Shown: positions 11,816 through 24,110 of the stretch, one piece after another | Layout: each line of letters opens with the position of its first letter | Numbering within the stretch: position 1 is the stretch's first letter | NCBI RefSeq assembly: GCF_964194155.1 | Contig: NC_135899.1 | Coordinates: 52,390,001 to 52,454,000, forward strand | Direction of reading: 5' to 3' | DNA length: 64,000 nucleotides | Source: Cetorhinus maximus | Lineage: Eukaryota | Notes under the pieces: model-generated | What the model saw: only the letters and a program-made list of their open reading frames with translations | Database searches by the model: none | What the model was told of the DNA's origin: nothing | Translations under genes and position numbers: made by a program

Positions 11816-11834
11816 AGAGGTTGATACTGAGCCA

Positions 11835-12600
11835 CGGATCGAGATTTTTACATAGAAGACTTAAAACTCAGAGATAGGCTTTAAGCAGGAGAGGGAGGCA
11901 GAGAGGTTTAAGGAGGAATCCCAGATCTTGGGACCAAAACTGTTGCAGAAAGTGATGATTGGGGAGGCTGAAGTTGGAGATATGCTGAGTTCTTGAAGGA
12001 TTATAGTGCTGGAAAAGGTTACAGAGTTAATGAGGTTAAGGCAATGGAGGGACTTGAACATGAGGATCAGCATTTAAAGTTTGATATGTTGATGGACTGG
12101 ATGTAGGTCACTGAACACTGAGTGCAAATTAGGATATGGTTAGCAGAGTTTATGGAGGCTGGGAGGCTGGCAGGAGAGCATTGAAATGGTCCAGTCTGGA
12201 GGTAATCAAAATGTGTTTGAGGGTTTCAATAACAGACAGGGGTTGAGCCAGATGATATTATAGAGTTGTAAGTAGGTGGCGTTGGTGACGCAGTAGTTAT
12301 GAGGTAGGGAGCTCAGTTTGGCATCAGGCCACAGGTGTGAACAGTTCAGTTTGGTCTGAGACAGTGACTAAGGAAGGTGAAGGAGTCAATGAGTGAGTGG
12401 TGTTTGTGGTGGCAGTTGAAGAGGATTGCTTCGGTCTTCCCAGTGTTTAATTGGAGCAAATTGCAACTCATCCAAGATGGGATATCAGGCAAGTAGACTG
12501 AGAACTCCAAGGCAGTGGGAGGTTGAGGGAGACTGTGGTGAGGTAGAGCTAGATTTCATCAACATACATGTAGAACCTGCGGTGCTAAGCTGGGATTGCT
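11835..12600 (-). mobile_element. Old L2-type LINE fragment
   Basis: Degenerate ILMFKSLH-L...GPKIWDSS L2 3' region, continuous with the tail at ~11505-11570. Confidence 0.55.
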
Positions 12601-13969
12601 CTTTTATAGAGCTGGCATAGTGAGCCAAATAGCCTCCTGTGTTGTAATCATATAACGTACTGCTGCCTGTGAACTGGTAAAAAGATTTAAACCCATCACG
12701 CATACTATCTGCAGAGTCAGAACATGCTCCAGAGCTAGACTGCAAAATTTGTTTTGCAGACAGTCTAACTGCAACCTCGACTGCAATGATTTGGTGCGAT
12801 TGTTTATCTCTGATTGTAAAATTGGATGTGGAGCATGACAAATGGCAAGGGTAGGATCACTGTGGCTTTGGTTCTGTTCTGATGACCAGCCTAACAGAAA
12901 GAAAACTTTGAGGGTGAAGCCTGGAGTGCGAGGGTGCTGAGGGTACAAGGTACATGAATCCAGCAGCTTTAGATTTTCACGAATCACTTCTATTACTTAA
13001 CACAAAATATTTTGTTTAATTTGAATATAAAGATTATGGGCAGAATTTTTCCGTTGGCGATTTGGGGGCGGGGCCCACTTGCTGACACGAAAATAACGCG
13101 GGATGACGTCGGGAGGCACCCCTGACGTCATCCCGGTCCATTTAAATATTCAGGAAGGCGGTGGGACAGCGAAACCAGCTGTCTGCCCGCCGACCTGTCA
13201 ATGGCCAATTGAGGCCATTGACAGGGTAGTTAAATCAATTAAAGGCCCTGCCCAACCAACCTTAAGGCTGGCGGGCAGGCCTGGAGCCCCAGCGGGCTTC
13301 AGAAAAAACATGAAACCTCATCCACCGGCGGGATGAGATTTCATGAAGGTTTTAAAAATCTTTAATAAAATTTCTGTGATATTTATTAACATTTCCCATC
13401 TCGTGTGACATTGTCTTATAGAAGTGGATTGATGCTCTACCACCTTGCCACTTTTTATCTGTGCTCAAGGTTAAATGTGCAGTCTTGTGCATGTGAAAAT
13501 GGGCACTGTTTAACAAGTTATTAATGGTACGGTGTCTGTGGTATGGTGAGCATATGGTGATTGGGTCACTGCAGTAGAAAAGAAAGGAGCATGGATCAGT
13601 TCACCCTTTATTCAAATAAAATATATGCTATAGTGCCCGTCCCCCTCATTAATTTGATTATCAGTCAGCAAACACTCATGATTAGATCACAATTGCTAAT
13701 GTGAATGGGAGTTTTGGACACTGCCTTAACTTTTTTCTTTCTACCAAGATCCCAACATTGAATAAGCAAAGTAAACTAAAAACATGACAAAGCTACCATC
13801 ATAAATCTGTATCGTTTAAGAAAATTTAAATCCTAAGAAAGTGATTTCAAGAATGTCAGGGTAAATTTTTCATTATGGATACTCTTGGTGAAGGAGCAAT
13901 GCAGAGTGGGATATCTAACTGACTTTACAATGGCTGTTCCTGCCTCAACATCCATCTTTTGACCCTTAT

Positions 13970-15195
13970 TGAATTAAAGTCTATGGCACAAAACAGGTCA
14001 TTCAGCCCAACTGGCCTATGTTTCACATGAGCCTCCTCCCACCCCTCTTATCTGATAATATCAGCATATTCTTCTATTCCTTTCTCCCTCATATGCATAT
14101 CTAAATTCTCCTCAAATGTGTTTATGCTATTCGCCTCAACTACTTGTGGCGGCAGCTTCCAGTTCTTCCCATTCTTTGGATAGAGAAGTTCCCCCTGAAT
14201 TCCCTTTTGGATTTATTAGGGACTCTCATATTTATGGCCCTTAGTTCTGGTCTTCCCACAAGTGAAAGCAGCTTCTCTGTGTCTACCCTATTAAACCCTT
14301 TCATAATATATTGTGTCACCCCCTCACTGTTCTCTCCAGAGAAGAGAGTCACAGGCTTTTCAGTCTTCATAAGTGTACCCTCCCATTTCTATCATTTTGA
14401 ATCTTTTTTGCCCCCATTCTGGTTCCTCCATATCCTTTTCTTGTAACCTGGCAACCAGATGCACAGTACTCGGCAAGTGTGGTCTAACCAAGATTGCTAC
14501 AAGTTTAACATAACGTCTCTGTTTTTGAATACAGTGCCTGATTATCTCTTTTATTTCCATATTTACCTCTGTGCCTACTTTTAGTGACTTGTGGGTTCGT
14601 ACTTCTAAATCCCTTTGCTCCCCTACTCCATTTAGACTCATTCCAGCAATATGTAACCTCCTTATACCTAAGAAAATATATACTTGCAATATAGGGAGCG
14701 CAATTAATAACCATCAAACTAATTCCTGGGATGGAGGCATTGTCCTATGAGGAAAGATTAAATAGATTGTGCCTTTATTCTCTGGCATTTAGAAGAATGA
14801 GAAGTGACCTCATTCAAACATGCAAAATTCCTACAGGGCTCGACAGGGTAGATGCAGGAAGGATGTTTCCCCTGGTTGCGGGGGGCGGTGGGGGGGGCGC
14901 GGGGGCTAGGACATGGAACACAGTCTCAGAAGAAGGGCAGGCCATTTAGGACTGAGATGATGAGGAATTTCTTCACTCAGAGGGTGGTGAATCTTTGGCA
15001 TTCTTTGCCCCAGAGGGCTGGGGAAACCCAGTCATTGAGTATGTTCAAGACTGAGATCAATGGAGTTCTACATATTAAGAACATCAAGAGATACAGGAAT
15101 AATGCAGGAAAATGGTTTTCAAGTAGATCAGACATCATTGAATGGCTGAGCAGGCATGAAGGGCTGAATGGCCTCCTCCTATTATGTTCTTATTA
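13970..15195. mobile_element. Two CR1 fragments in opposite orientations (minus 13970-14715, plus 14715-15195)
   Basis: LSYEERLNRLCLYSLAFRRMRSDLI...RNFFTQRVVNLWHSLPQ on +, and EQRDLEV...LVRPHL on -. Confidence 0.85.
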
Positions 15196-15341
15196 ATATA
15201 TTTTTAAAACTAAATTTTAATAATTTGATCACGTACAAATGAAGCATGCCCTTTATCTGTTTCATTTCACAGGATTTTTTTTTATTGTTTGGATTTATTA
15301 TCTTGTGATTCTTTATTACTGTAGGTTTCTATAACAAACTA

Positions 15342-15613
15342 ATGGCTCAGAGACAAGCGGTGCTGGCTGTTCATCAAGCCCTCAAGAAATGTTTCCAGGT
15401 CATTGAGCAGCAACAAAATTCATGGGAAAGTACACTGACAGAATGCCTCCCCCTCCTGAGCTCACTGAGTAACCTGGCGGAGCAACTCCAGGCATGCAAC
15501 AACGTGGTGCTTAAGAATACTCCCTTTCAAGAATTCCCTGATCTGCAACTCCGTCTGAAGTACAAACTCACCCAGGCTATCGAAATCAATTTGGAAAAGC
15601 TTGGTGAAAAAAT
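15342..15613 (+). CDS. AIRIM: AIRIM / C1orf109 (AFG2-interacting ribosome maturation factor), coding exon 1
   Basis: MAQRQAVLAVHQALKKCFQVIEQQQNSWESTLTECLPLLSSLSNLAEQLQA...LEKLGEK matches C1orf109. Acceptor ag at 15323-24, donor AT|gtaggc. Confidence 0.93.
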
Positions 15614-18389
15614 GTAGGCTCTGACATCATTCATCTATTGATAATTAAGCCTAAAGTGCCATCTTGGGACATTAATTTGTACAAGCATTGACTTATTGCT
15701 GAAATCAGGCTAGATCTAATGTTAGATAAATTTATGGGCATTTCATTTTTGTGGGAAAGCTGATGGCTTCTGCAGGAAAGCTGGCCTAAAAGGGGGTTAG
15801 TGGGCCCAAAATTCTGCAGAACAAGAACAAAATTACTGCTGTTTTCCTGGGCTCCCAGTTGTTGAATCTTGCGTTCGTCAAATTGACATGTTGGCTTTGG
15901 AGAATAGAAGACTTGCCAGTTCAGGCATTCTCTGAGTTGAATAATCCCAGGTCATGTATTGCACAGTTAAGTGCTGAGTAAAGCCGCCTCTACTTTGTGG
16001 CAGTGATGTGCCTATTTCTCCACTTCAGAAGAGTGCATTTCTTACTTGCCACGTGCTTACTGCACCCCTACACCACCCCCAGATATCTTGTCAATTTGAT
16101 GCGTATTAATATCCAGTTTGGGTGATTTTGTGAGGTGACAACTCCCTCCCCCCAATGCTGTTTAAGAAATGGCTTGTGATAGCACAGAGAGAAGCGTCAC
16201 TGGACATGGCCTCAGGTCAGAAATGGGGCTCAGTCCCTAGCCAGCATTCCCCACTAAGGAGGCTCTGCACTAATAGTCCGATGTCATTAAACCATTCCTT
16301 CTAATGTCTCCAAGCAAGAATGATGTAATTCGTAATTTTATTTTAAAGTAAACAAGAACGAAAAGATCTCCAGGTGACCACAATATAAAGAGAGTTTTGA
16401 CAGTGAGCCACAATTTCAGTGTAGTTCTACTGCCTTAAAAAAAACCATAGAAAAGCTAAAAAAAAAACCACTGAAAAGCTGAAATTTCCCTTGGGCAGCT
16501 CCAACAACACTTGAGATGCTACACCATCCAAGACAAAGCAGCCTGCTTGATTGGCACCCCTTCCACAAACATTCACTCCCTCCACCTCCAACAATGAACA
16601 GTGGCAGCAGTGTATACCAGCTACACGATGCACTGCAGAAACTCAGCAAGGCTCCTTAGGCAGCACCTTCCAAACCCACGACCCCTACCATCTAGAAGGA
16701 CAAGTGTAGCAGACTCATGGGACCACCGCCACCTGGAAGTTCCCCTCCAAGCCACTCACCATCCTGACTTAGAAATATATCGCTGTTACTTCACTGTCAT
16801 TGGTCAAAATCCTGGAACTCCCTCCCCAGTGGCACTGTGGGTGTACCTACACCACATGACAGCAGCAGTTCAAGAAGGCAGCTCACCACCACCTTCTCAA
16901 AGACAATTAGGATGGGCAATAAATGTTGGCCTAACCAACAAAGTCCACATCCCGTAAATGAATAAAAAAACATACATTTGTTATTATGTTCTCAAATTTG
17001 ATTCATTTATTTTATTCACATTTTTGTCTCCTTGAGGATAATTATGACTTTGGCTGATGGTGTCATTTTTGAAAATCAAGGGAGATGTAAAATGGGCATC
17101 TGATCTAATACTATCTCCCATTTTACCGCCCTCCCTCCCCCACACTCCCCCTTCATGTTTTATAGGGCACTGCCTCATGCCAGTAGGCACATATAGGGCA
17201 CAGGAGCTGGGCACTCTTCAATATTTGGCCCAAGTGAGGTTAGATAATCAGTTTTGGTGTGTTATTCAGCTTGTCTTCAATGTACACTGATTAAGATTCA
17301 CTGGATAAGGAATGGGAGCCTTGTTTACTTTCTTCCCTCTCCAGCAATGTGATGCTGAGGCCAGTTACAGGGTGCCCACTGACATGACAGAGAGGTCAGC
17401 TAGCTCCATACAGTTTGAGAATTTGAATGGGAGTGTGTCTTTTGTTTTGTACGGGAGTGCTGTCCCCTGATCATATTGGTGAAACTTCATCTTGAAACCT
17501 TGTGCACTTTAGTTACAAATTCATAGTTATTGTAAATTTCACCTGGCTTGCCGAACTATCCCCACTCCAAATAATGTGGTGTTATTAACTTTGGTTTGGT
17601 TTGGATTAACTGTTGCCTTCTTGTTAATTCTCTTGTTGTTTAATCTCTGAAAGATCATCCATACAATTCAAAGGTTCAGAAGAGGAATGGAAGGTAAAAG
17701 CGAAGAAAATAAAACATATTCTAATATTAAGACATCTTATTGAGAAGTAACCTCCATTTACCTGGTACCTTATATCTCTGGGACATCCATATCAAATAAG
17801 TTACATTTGAACTGCAGTGGTGGTCAACCAAATGGATGCGCTAGGCTTCACAAATCACAAATTATATGACAAGCAGTCTGTTTTTGGTGGTTGGCTTGGG
17901 AACTAGTAAAACTCACTGTTCTTCAAATTGTCTGTAAGATATTAAATCAAACTCAGTTGAACATCCAATCTAAAAGACAGCACCCTATGAAAGTGCAGCA
18001 TTCCCTTAGTTTCAGCCTAGACGGTGTTCAAATACTGAAGTGGGCCTTGAACCCACAACCTTCTGACTTTGAGGTAAAAGTGCCAACAACTGAACCAAGC
18101 TGATTTGCCTGTCAGAACTACTAGGATAAATTATTTAACTATGTAAATTCGCTGTTTTTGTGCACAATGTTGAGCTGAATTGGAAATCCATGATTTTTAT
18201 AAGTGACTCCAGAAGACTAAAATGAACTTGCAGTGCCGTGGAATCAGGCTTAAACTGTGGTAGTTGTTACATTTCTAATTGAGATTTCACAGAGAGCCAG
18301 GGAGGAATATCCCATGTGGCTGTAATTTGAATTTGTTTGGTAATTAATCTTGATTGAACTAATGCTGTTCTTTTCCAACATCTGTCAAG

Positions 18390-18569
18390 GAGTGCTTTGC
18401 AAAGGGTACGGGACACAACGAATAACCAAGTGACAGTGTGCTTCCAAATGTATGAACAACATGCTGATGCCATTGGTTTGACTGCAGTCCTTGAGCGCTC
18501 ATGTCTCTGTCCTTCTGTGGCAGACATGTTGGAATGGCTTCAAAATATCCAGCGGTTTTACAGAAGCCA
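18390..18569 (+). CDS. AIRIM: AIRIM coding exon 2
   Basis: aag|G AGT..., reading SALQRVRDTTNNQVTVCFQMYEQHADAIGLTAVLERSCLCPSVADMLEWLQNIQRFYRSQ. Ends at U12 donor GTATCCTT. Confidence 0.93.
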
Positions 18570-18968
18570 GTATCCTTAACGTTGGCCCTTGTGCCTACAG
18601 GGCATCCCTCCTGGCTGGTGTCACTCTGCGGTAACTTCACAGGAAATGTAGGATCAGTGATGTGGCAATTCTATGCTGTTCCTTAAGATAGAAGGGTTGG
18701 CATCCTAAAACAGGTGTAATTGCAGAGGATTGAATGCGTGTTGTGAGGGGAAAGGGTGGTGGGGGAGTGGCGGTGGTAGGGGTTGGTGGGTGGTGTAGGG
18801 TTAGGTGGGAGGTGCAGGCAAGTGGGATGATGGTGGGAGCAGAGGGAATGAACATACGAATTAGGAGCAGGAGTAGGCCACTTGGCCCTTTGAGCCTGCT
18901 CTGCCATTCAATAAGATCATGGCTGATCTGATTATAACCTCAACCCTACATTCCCACCTACCCCTGAT

Positions 18969-21398
18969 TCTCAGCACGGACTATAAAATATTCGCTAGAG
19001 CCATGTCTTCTCGGCTCGGCACCGTGCTGGACCAAATGATCCACCCTGACCAGTCCTACACCGTCCCGGACCGTACAATTTATGATAACATCCATCTGGT
19101 CCGGAACATAATCCACCATTCCCAGAGGGCTGGTCTGTCGAGCGCCTTCCTGTCCCTTGATCAGGAGAAGGCGTTCGACAGGGTGGATCACGAATATTTA
19201 CTCGGGACTCTGCGAGCATTCGGTTTCGGGACGCACTTTGTCACCTGGATCCGACTTCTGTACACCGCCGCGGAGTGTCTAGTGAAGGTTAACGGGTCCC
19301 TGACGGCACCCCTTCGCTTTGGGAGAGTGGTACGTCAGGGCTGCCCCCTGTCTGGCCAGTTGTATTCTATTCGCGTGGAGCCTTTCCTGCGCCTCTTGCG
19401 GAAGAGGTTGTCGGGATTGGTTCTGCGCGGGCCGGGCATCGGGGTGGTCCTTTCGGCATACGCCGATGACGTGCTCCTAATGTTTAATGACCCGGCTGAC
19501 CTGCAGAGGATGCGCGAGTGCCAGGAGGTCTACTCTGCGGCTTCTTCTGCCGGGATCAACTGGGAGAAATGTTCTGGACTCCTGGTCGGCCCATGGCAGA
19601 TGGATCCCCTACCCAAGGAGCTCAGGCCTTTCACCTGGAGCAGGACCAGCATCCTCTACCTGGGGGTCCATTTCTGCCCTGCCGAGGAATCCTGGCCGGC
19701 CAACTGGCAGGAACTGGAGACGAAAGTCACCGCTCGCCTGCGGCGCTGGACAGGACTGCTCCGAGTGCTGTCTTACCGGGGTCGAGTTCTCGTCATAAAC
19801 CAGCTGATCGCCGCCATGTTGTGGTATCGGCTGGTCACTTTGACCTCTCCCCCGGACTTTGTCGTAAAAATCCAGAGAATGCTAGTTGACTTCTTCTGGG
19901 ACAAAAGATTGCACTGGGTCGCTGCTGAGGTTCTGAGTCTCCCGCTTAGGGAGGGCGGTCAGGTGCTAGTGTGCCTACGCACGCAGGTGGCAACTTTCCG
20001 TCTTCAGACCCTGCAGCGATACCTTTACGTCGAGCCTCCTCCGAGATGGTGTGCCCTGGCGACGTATTTCTTCCGCCAGGTGCACGGCCTGAATTATGAC
20101 ATGCAGCTCCTGTTTATAGAGCAGAGGGGCCTCGGTGGCTCCTTCCAGGTGTTGCCCGTCTTTTACCAGGACCTGATCAAAGTCTGGAACGTGGTCGCCT
20201 CGCGACGCAGCTCTCCCCCGTCAGGAGTAGCGGCTATCGTCAGAGAGCTGCTGCTCAGGAATCCGCCCCTCCGTCCCTTTCAGTGGCTGGCGGAGAGGAG
20301 GACTGTGGCTGCCGGGGTGACCAGGATCGGGGACGTACTGGGTGGCGGAGGACTGGGCTGGATGCTCCCACAGGAGTTGGCGCGCCGCGCGTCAGTGAGT
20401 GTCCAGGTCGCAGCCGATGCCATCCAAGACCTAAGAACGGTCGTGCTCGGACCCGAAGTCATTTTAGGTCTCGAGGTGGCCCAGGTGCGCGGTGATCTTC
20501 CGGCTGAACGTTCCCCTGTTCGGACGGAATTCCACATTGGCCCCAAGCCCCGAACCCTCCCTCGGGTGCCGGTGCCCCGCAATAATATGAGCCGCCTCGG
20601 GGACATGCCCTCCGTGCCATTTGGCACGGTGCGGAGGGGTTTTCTGTACGGTCTGCTGCTGCACACCTTCCATTTTCTCCCCCTGGTCCACCGCCCGGAC
20701 ACGCCCTGGCGTGCCTTGTTGCCGTCCGGCGGTGGAGGCCCCCGATGGGAGGCCCTCTACGGAGGAGTTCTCCCTCTTTCTATCGGGGACCTGGGTTGGA
20801 GGGTGTTGCATGCAGCAGTCCCCTACAATAGGAGGATGTTCAGGTTCACGGACTCCCAGGACACTTGCCCTTTTTGCGGTCTTGTGGAGTCCGTGGACCA
20901 TGCATATATAGGGTGTCTTAGGCTGCACTCCCTTTTTAGTTATTTAAAAAATCTTTTATTACTATTTTGTTTGCACTTCAGTCCCACGCTCCTGATCTAC
21001 GGACACCCGGTGCGGAAGGGGGTCGGGAAGGAGGAGGACCTCCTCGTGAACCTGCTCCTGGGCCTGGCCAAGTTGACCATCAACAGGTCCAGGCAGCAGG
21101 CGATCGACGGGGGAGTCCCGCCCGATCGTTTGTCCCTCTTCCGCGGCTACGTTCGTGGCCGGGTGTCCCTGGAAAGGGAGTACGCGGTGTCTGCCGGCAC
21201 CATCGAGGCCTTCTGTGCCCGGTGGGCACCGCGGGGACTGGGGTGTTTTGTTGACCCCTTTAATCACACCTTAGTTTGATGTTTGTAAGGTTCCTTTAAA
21301 GTTTTTCCTTGATTTTACAGCTGACCTGACTTAGGGGCTGTGCTTGATTTCTCCCTTGTTTTTGTTAATTTAGTTTATTGTTTTGACTCGAAAAGAGT
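18969..21398 (+). mobile_element. 5'-truncated Tx1-clade (L1 group) non-LTR retrotransposon with uninterrupted ORF2 remainder
   Basis: RT motifs SLDQEKAFDRV, RQGCPLSG, YADD and C-terminal CPFCGLVESVDHAYIGC zinc knuckle. TSD TACCCCTGAT at 18959-18968 and 21399-21408. Confidence 0.93.
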
Positions 21399-22673
21399 TA
21401 CCCCTGATAACCTTTCACCCCCTTGTTAATCAAGAACCTATTTAGTTCTGCCTTAAAAATATTCAAAGACTCTGCTTCCACTGCCTTTTGCGGAAGAGAG
21501 TTCCAAAAACTCACAACCCTCACAGAAAACAAGTCTCATCTCTGTCTTAAATGAGCGACCCCTTGTTTTTGAACAGCGAACCCTAGTTTTAGATTCTCCC
21601 AGAAGAGGAAACATCCCCTCCACATCTACCCTATCAAGACCCCTCGGGATCTTAAAGGTTTCAATCAAGTCACCTCTTACTCTTCTAAACTCCTGTGGAT
21701 ACAAACCTAACCTAACCTGCCCAACCTTTCCTCATAAGACAACCCGCCCTTCTCTGAACTGCTTCTAATCCATTTACATCTTTCCTTAAATAAGGAGACC
21801 AATAGTGTACACAGTACTCCAGATGTGGTCCCACAAATGCCCTGTGCAAGTGAAGTATAACCTCCCCACTTTTGTCATTAATTCCCCACCGAATGAATGA
21901 TAACATTCTATTAGCTTTCCTAATATCTTGCTGTACCTGCATACCAGTCTTTTGCGATTCATCCACCAGGACACCCAGATCCCTCTGCACCTCAGAGCTC
22001 CACAATCTATCACCATTTAGATAATATGCTTTTTTGTTCTTCCGGACAAAATGGACAATTTCACATTTTCCCACATTATACTTAATTTGCCGGATCTTTA
22101 CCCTCTCACTTAACCTATCTGTGTCCCTTTGTAGTCTCTTCAAGTCTTCTTCACAACTTACTTTCCTACTGTTATGGCACAGCTGATGGCAAATGCTGAG
22201 CTGCTCAAATCCCAAAGGGCAACTTGAAACAACTGCCACAACTTTCTATAAATTTCGAAATGTGCGCCTTGAATTCAGTAATAGTAAGACCACCAAGTCT
22301 TACAGGTTTCTTACGAAACTAAATTAAATCTTTATTAATAGAAGAAATGATTATAATTACATGCATAAATCTACAAATTACTACTATGATAACTTCTAAA
22401 TCTCCTAATTAATCTAACTCCCAGTTACACTTTTATTAAGGCAACAGTAAGACACGCAGATTTTAAAAGACCCAGGCAAAGAAACACGATACCCTGAACA
22501 ATTCAATTCAAAGTGAGTTTTCCTAACTTCAGTTCTTTGTAGGAAGCAGCTTGAGGCTTTGATGCTGGAGGTTTTCACACTTGTTAGATCTTAAAATGCC
22601 TATTCTTACACACAGCCTTCTCTCCTTTATACATATTTTCCCCTTTGAATGCAAATTCCCATTGTTTCACTAT

Positions 22674-23338
22674 GGGCATCATTTGCCACCCGTCGGGGAG
22701 CGGAGGGCGGGTTGTGCGGGTGCAGGCGAAGGTGGGCGGATTTCAGATCGGCAGCCCCACTCAGGGGTGTGCTGCCATTTTATGTGGGCGGGCCAATTAA
22801 AGCCCACCCAGCGTGACGTCTGTCCGGAAGCGCTGTGCACTCGCTGTCCAGGCGGGGAGGTGGTGGGGAGGGGAATTCCCTGAGGCAAAGTGCTGCCTCA
22901 GGGAGCTCGGCTCAAGTTTGAAAATTTTATTGAAGGGGGACAAAATATTCCTGACATATCCCCTCATGTGACACTGTCACATGAGCAAGGACATGTCAAA
23001 TACTTAAAATTTTATATACATTTAAAATATACATATACATTTTAAATCCCTCATGAAACCTCATCCCACCTGTGGATGAGGTTTAATGTTTTTTCTGAAG
23101 GCTGCTTGTGCTCTTTGTATGCCCACTAACCTTAAGGTTGGAAGGGCAGGTCCATTAACTGGGTTAATTACTCTTTAAAGGCCTTAAGTGGCCATTGACA
23201 GTTGGCTGCGCGCCCGCCGAACTGAAAATCTAAATGATGTGCAGTGACGTCAGGACGCACACCCGATGTCACTGCGTGTCATTTTACATGTCGGCGAGCG
23301 GGCCCCACCTCCCACCCACCGATAGAAAAATGCTGCCC
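22674..23338. mobile_element. Harbinger-type MITE
   Basis: GGGCA.../...TGCCC termini, TAT TSD. Confidence 0.8.
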
Positions 23339-23425
23339 TATGTCTTTGGACCTTACCTTTCTAACAATAAAAAATCTATCATAGTACCAATTTTACCAGT
23401 AATCTTTGGGAAAAATAAACATACT

Positions 23426-24110
23426 GGGCAGAATTTTCTGCCTGTCGGGCGGGCAAGCCCGACCCAATCTCCGGTGGGCGGGGAACCAATCCCCGCTGGA
23501 GAAGCGGGCCCTGCCGCCATTTTATGTGGGCAGGCCAATTAATGCCCGCCCAGCGTGACGCCCACCAGCGCTTCCTGCGAGGGCAGCGGTGGGGGGATTC
23601 CCCAAAAGCGAGAGTGCGCTCTTTCGCGCATGTGCACATCTCCCTGAGGCTAAGCGCTGCCTCAGGGAGATCGCTGACAGTTCTAAAAACATTAAAAATA
23701 GAAAAAAATCCTTAACATGTCCCCCTCATGTGACAATGTCACATGAGATGGGACATGTTCATAATTTACACTAAAACTTTAATAAACTTTTTAAATCCCT
23801 ACGTGAAACCTCATCCCACCGCTGGATGAGGATTCATGTTTTATCTAGTTGCCGCCGGGGCTCCTGGCCGACCCGCCAGCCTTAAGGTTGGACAGGCAGG
23901 TCCTTTAATTGTTTTAATGATCCTGTCAATGGCCTCAGTTGGCCATTAACAGGTGGGCGGGCCCACAGCTGGTTTTGCTGCGCCCCTGCCTTCCTGAAAA
24001 TTTTAATGGGGCGCAGTGACGTCGGGGGTTCCGCCCGGTGTCATCCCGCGTCATTTTACGCGTTGGCGAGCGGGCCCCGCCCCCTGCTCACCGACAGCAA
24101 AATGCAGCCC
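23426..24110. mobile_element. Harbinger-type MITE
   Basis: GGGCAGAATTTT and AAAATGCAGCCC termini, ACT TSD. Confidence 0.85.

Noticed and set aside
12485-12987. Overlapping minus-strand ORFs of 118 and 127 aa
   Set aside because: No recognisable homology or splice context; partly L2-derived.
18919-21279. 786-aa ORF as a host gene or autonomous element
   Set aside because: It lacks ORF1 and the endonuclease, and its first ~16 codons come from the flanking CR1 tail.
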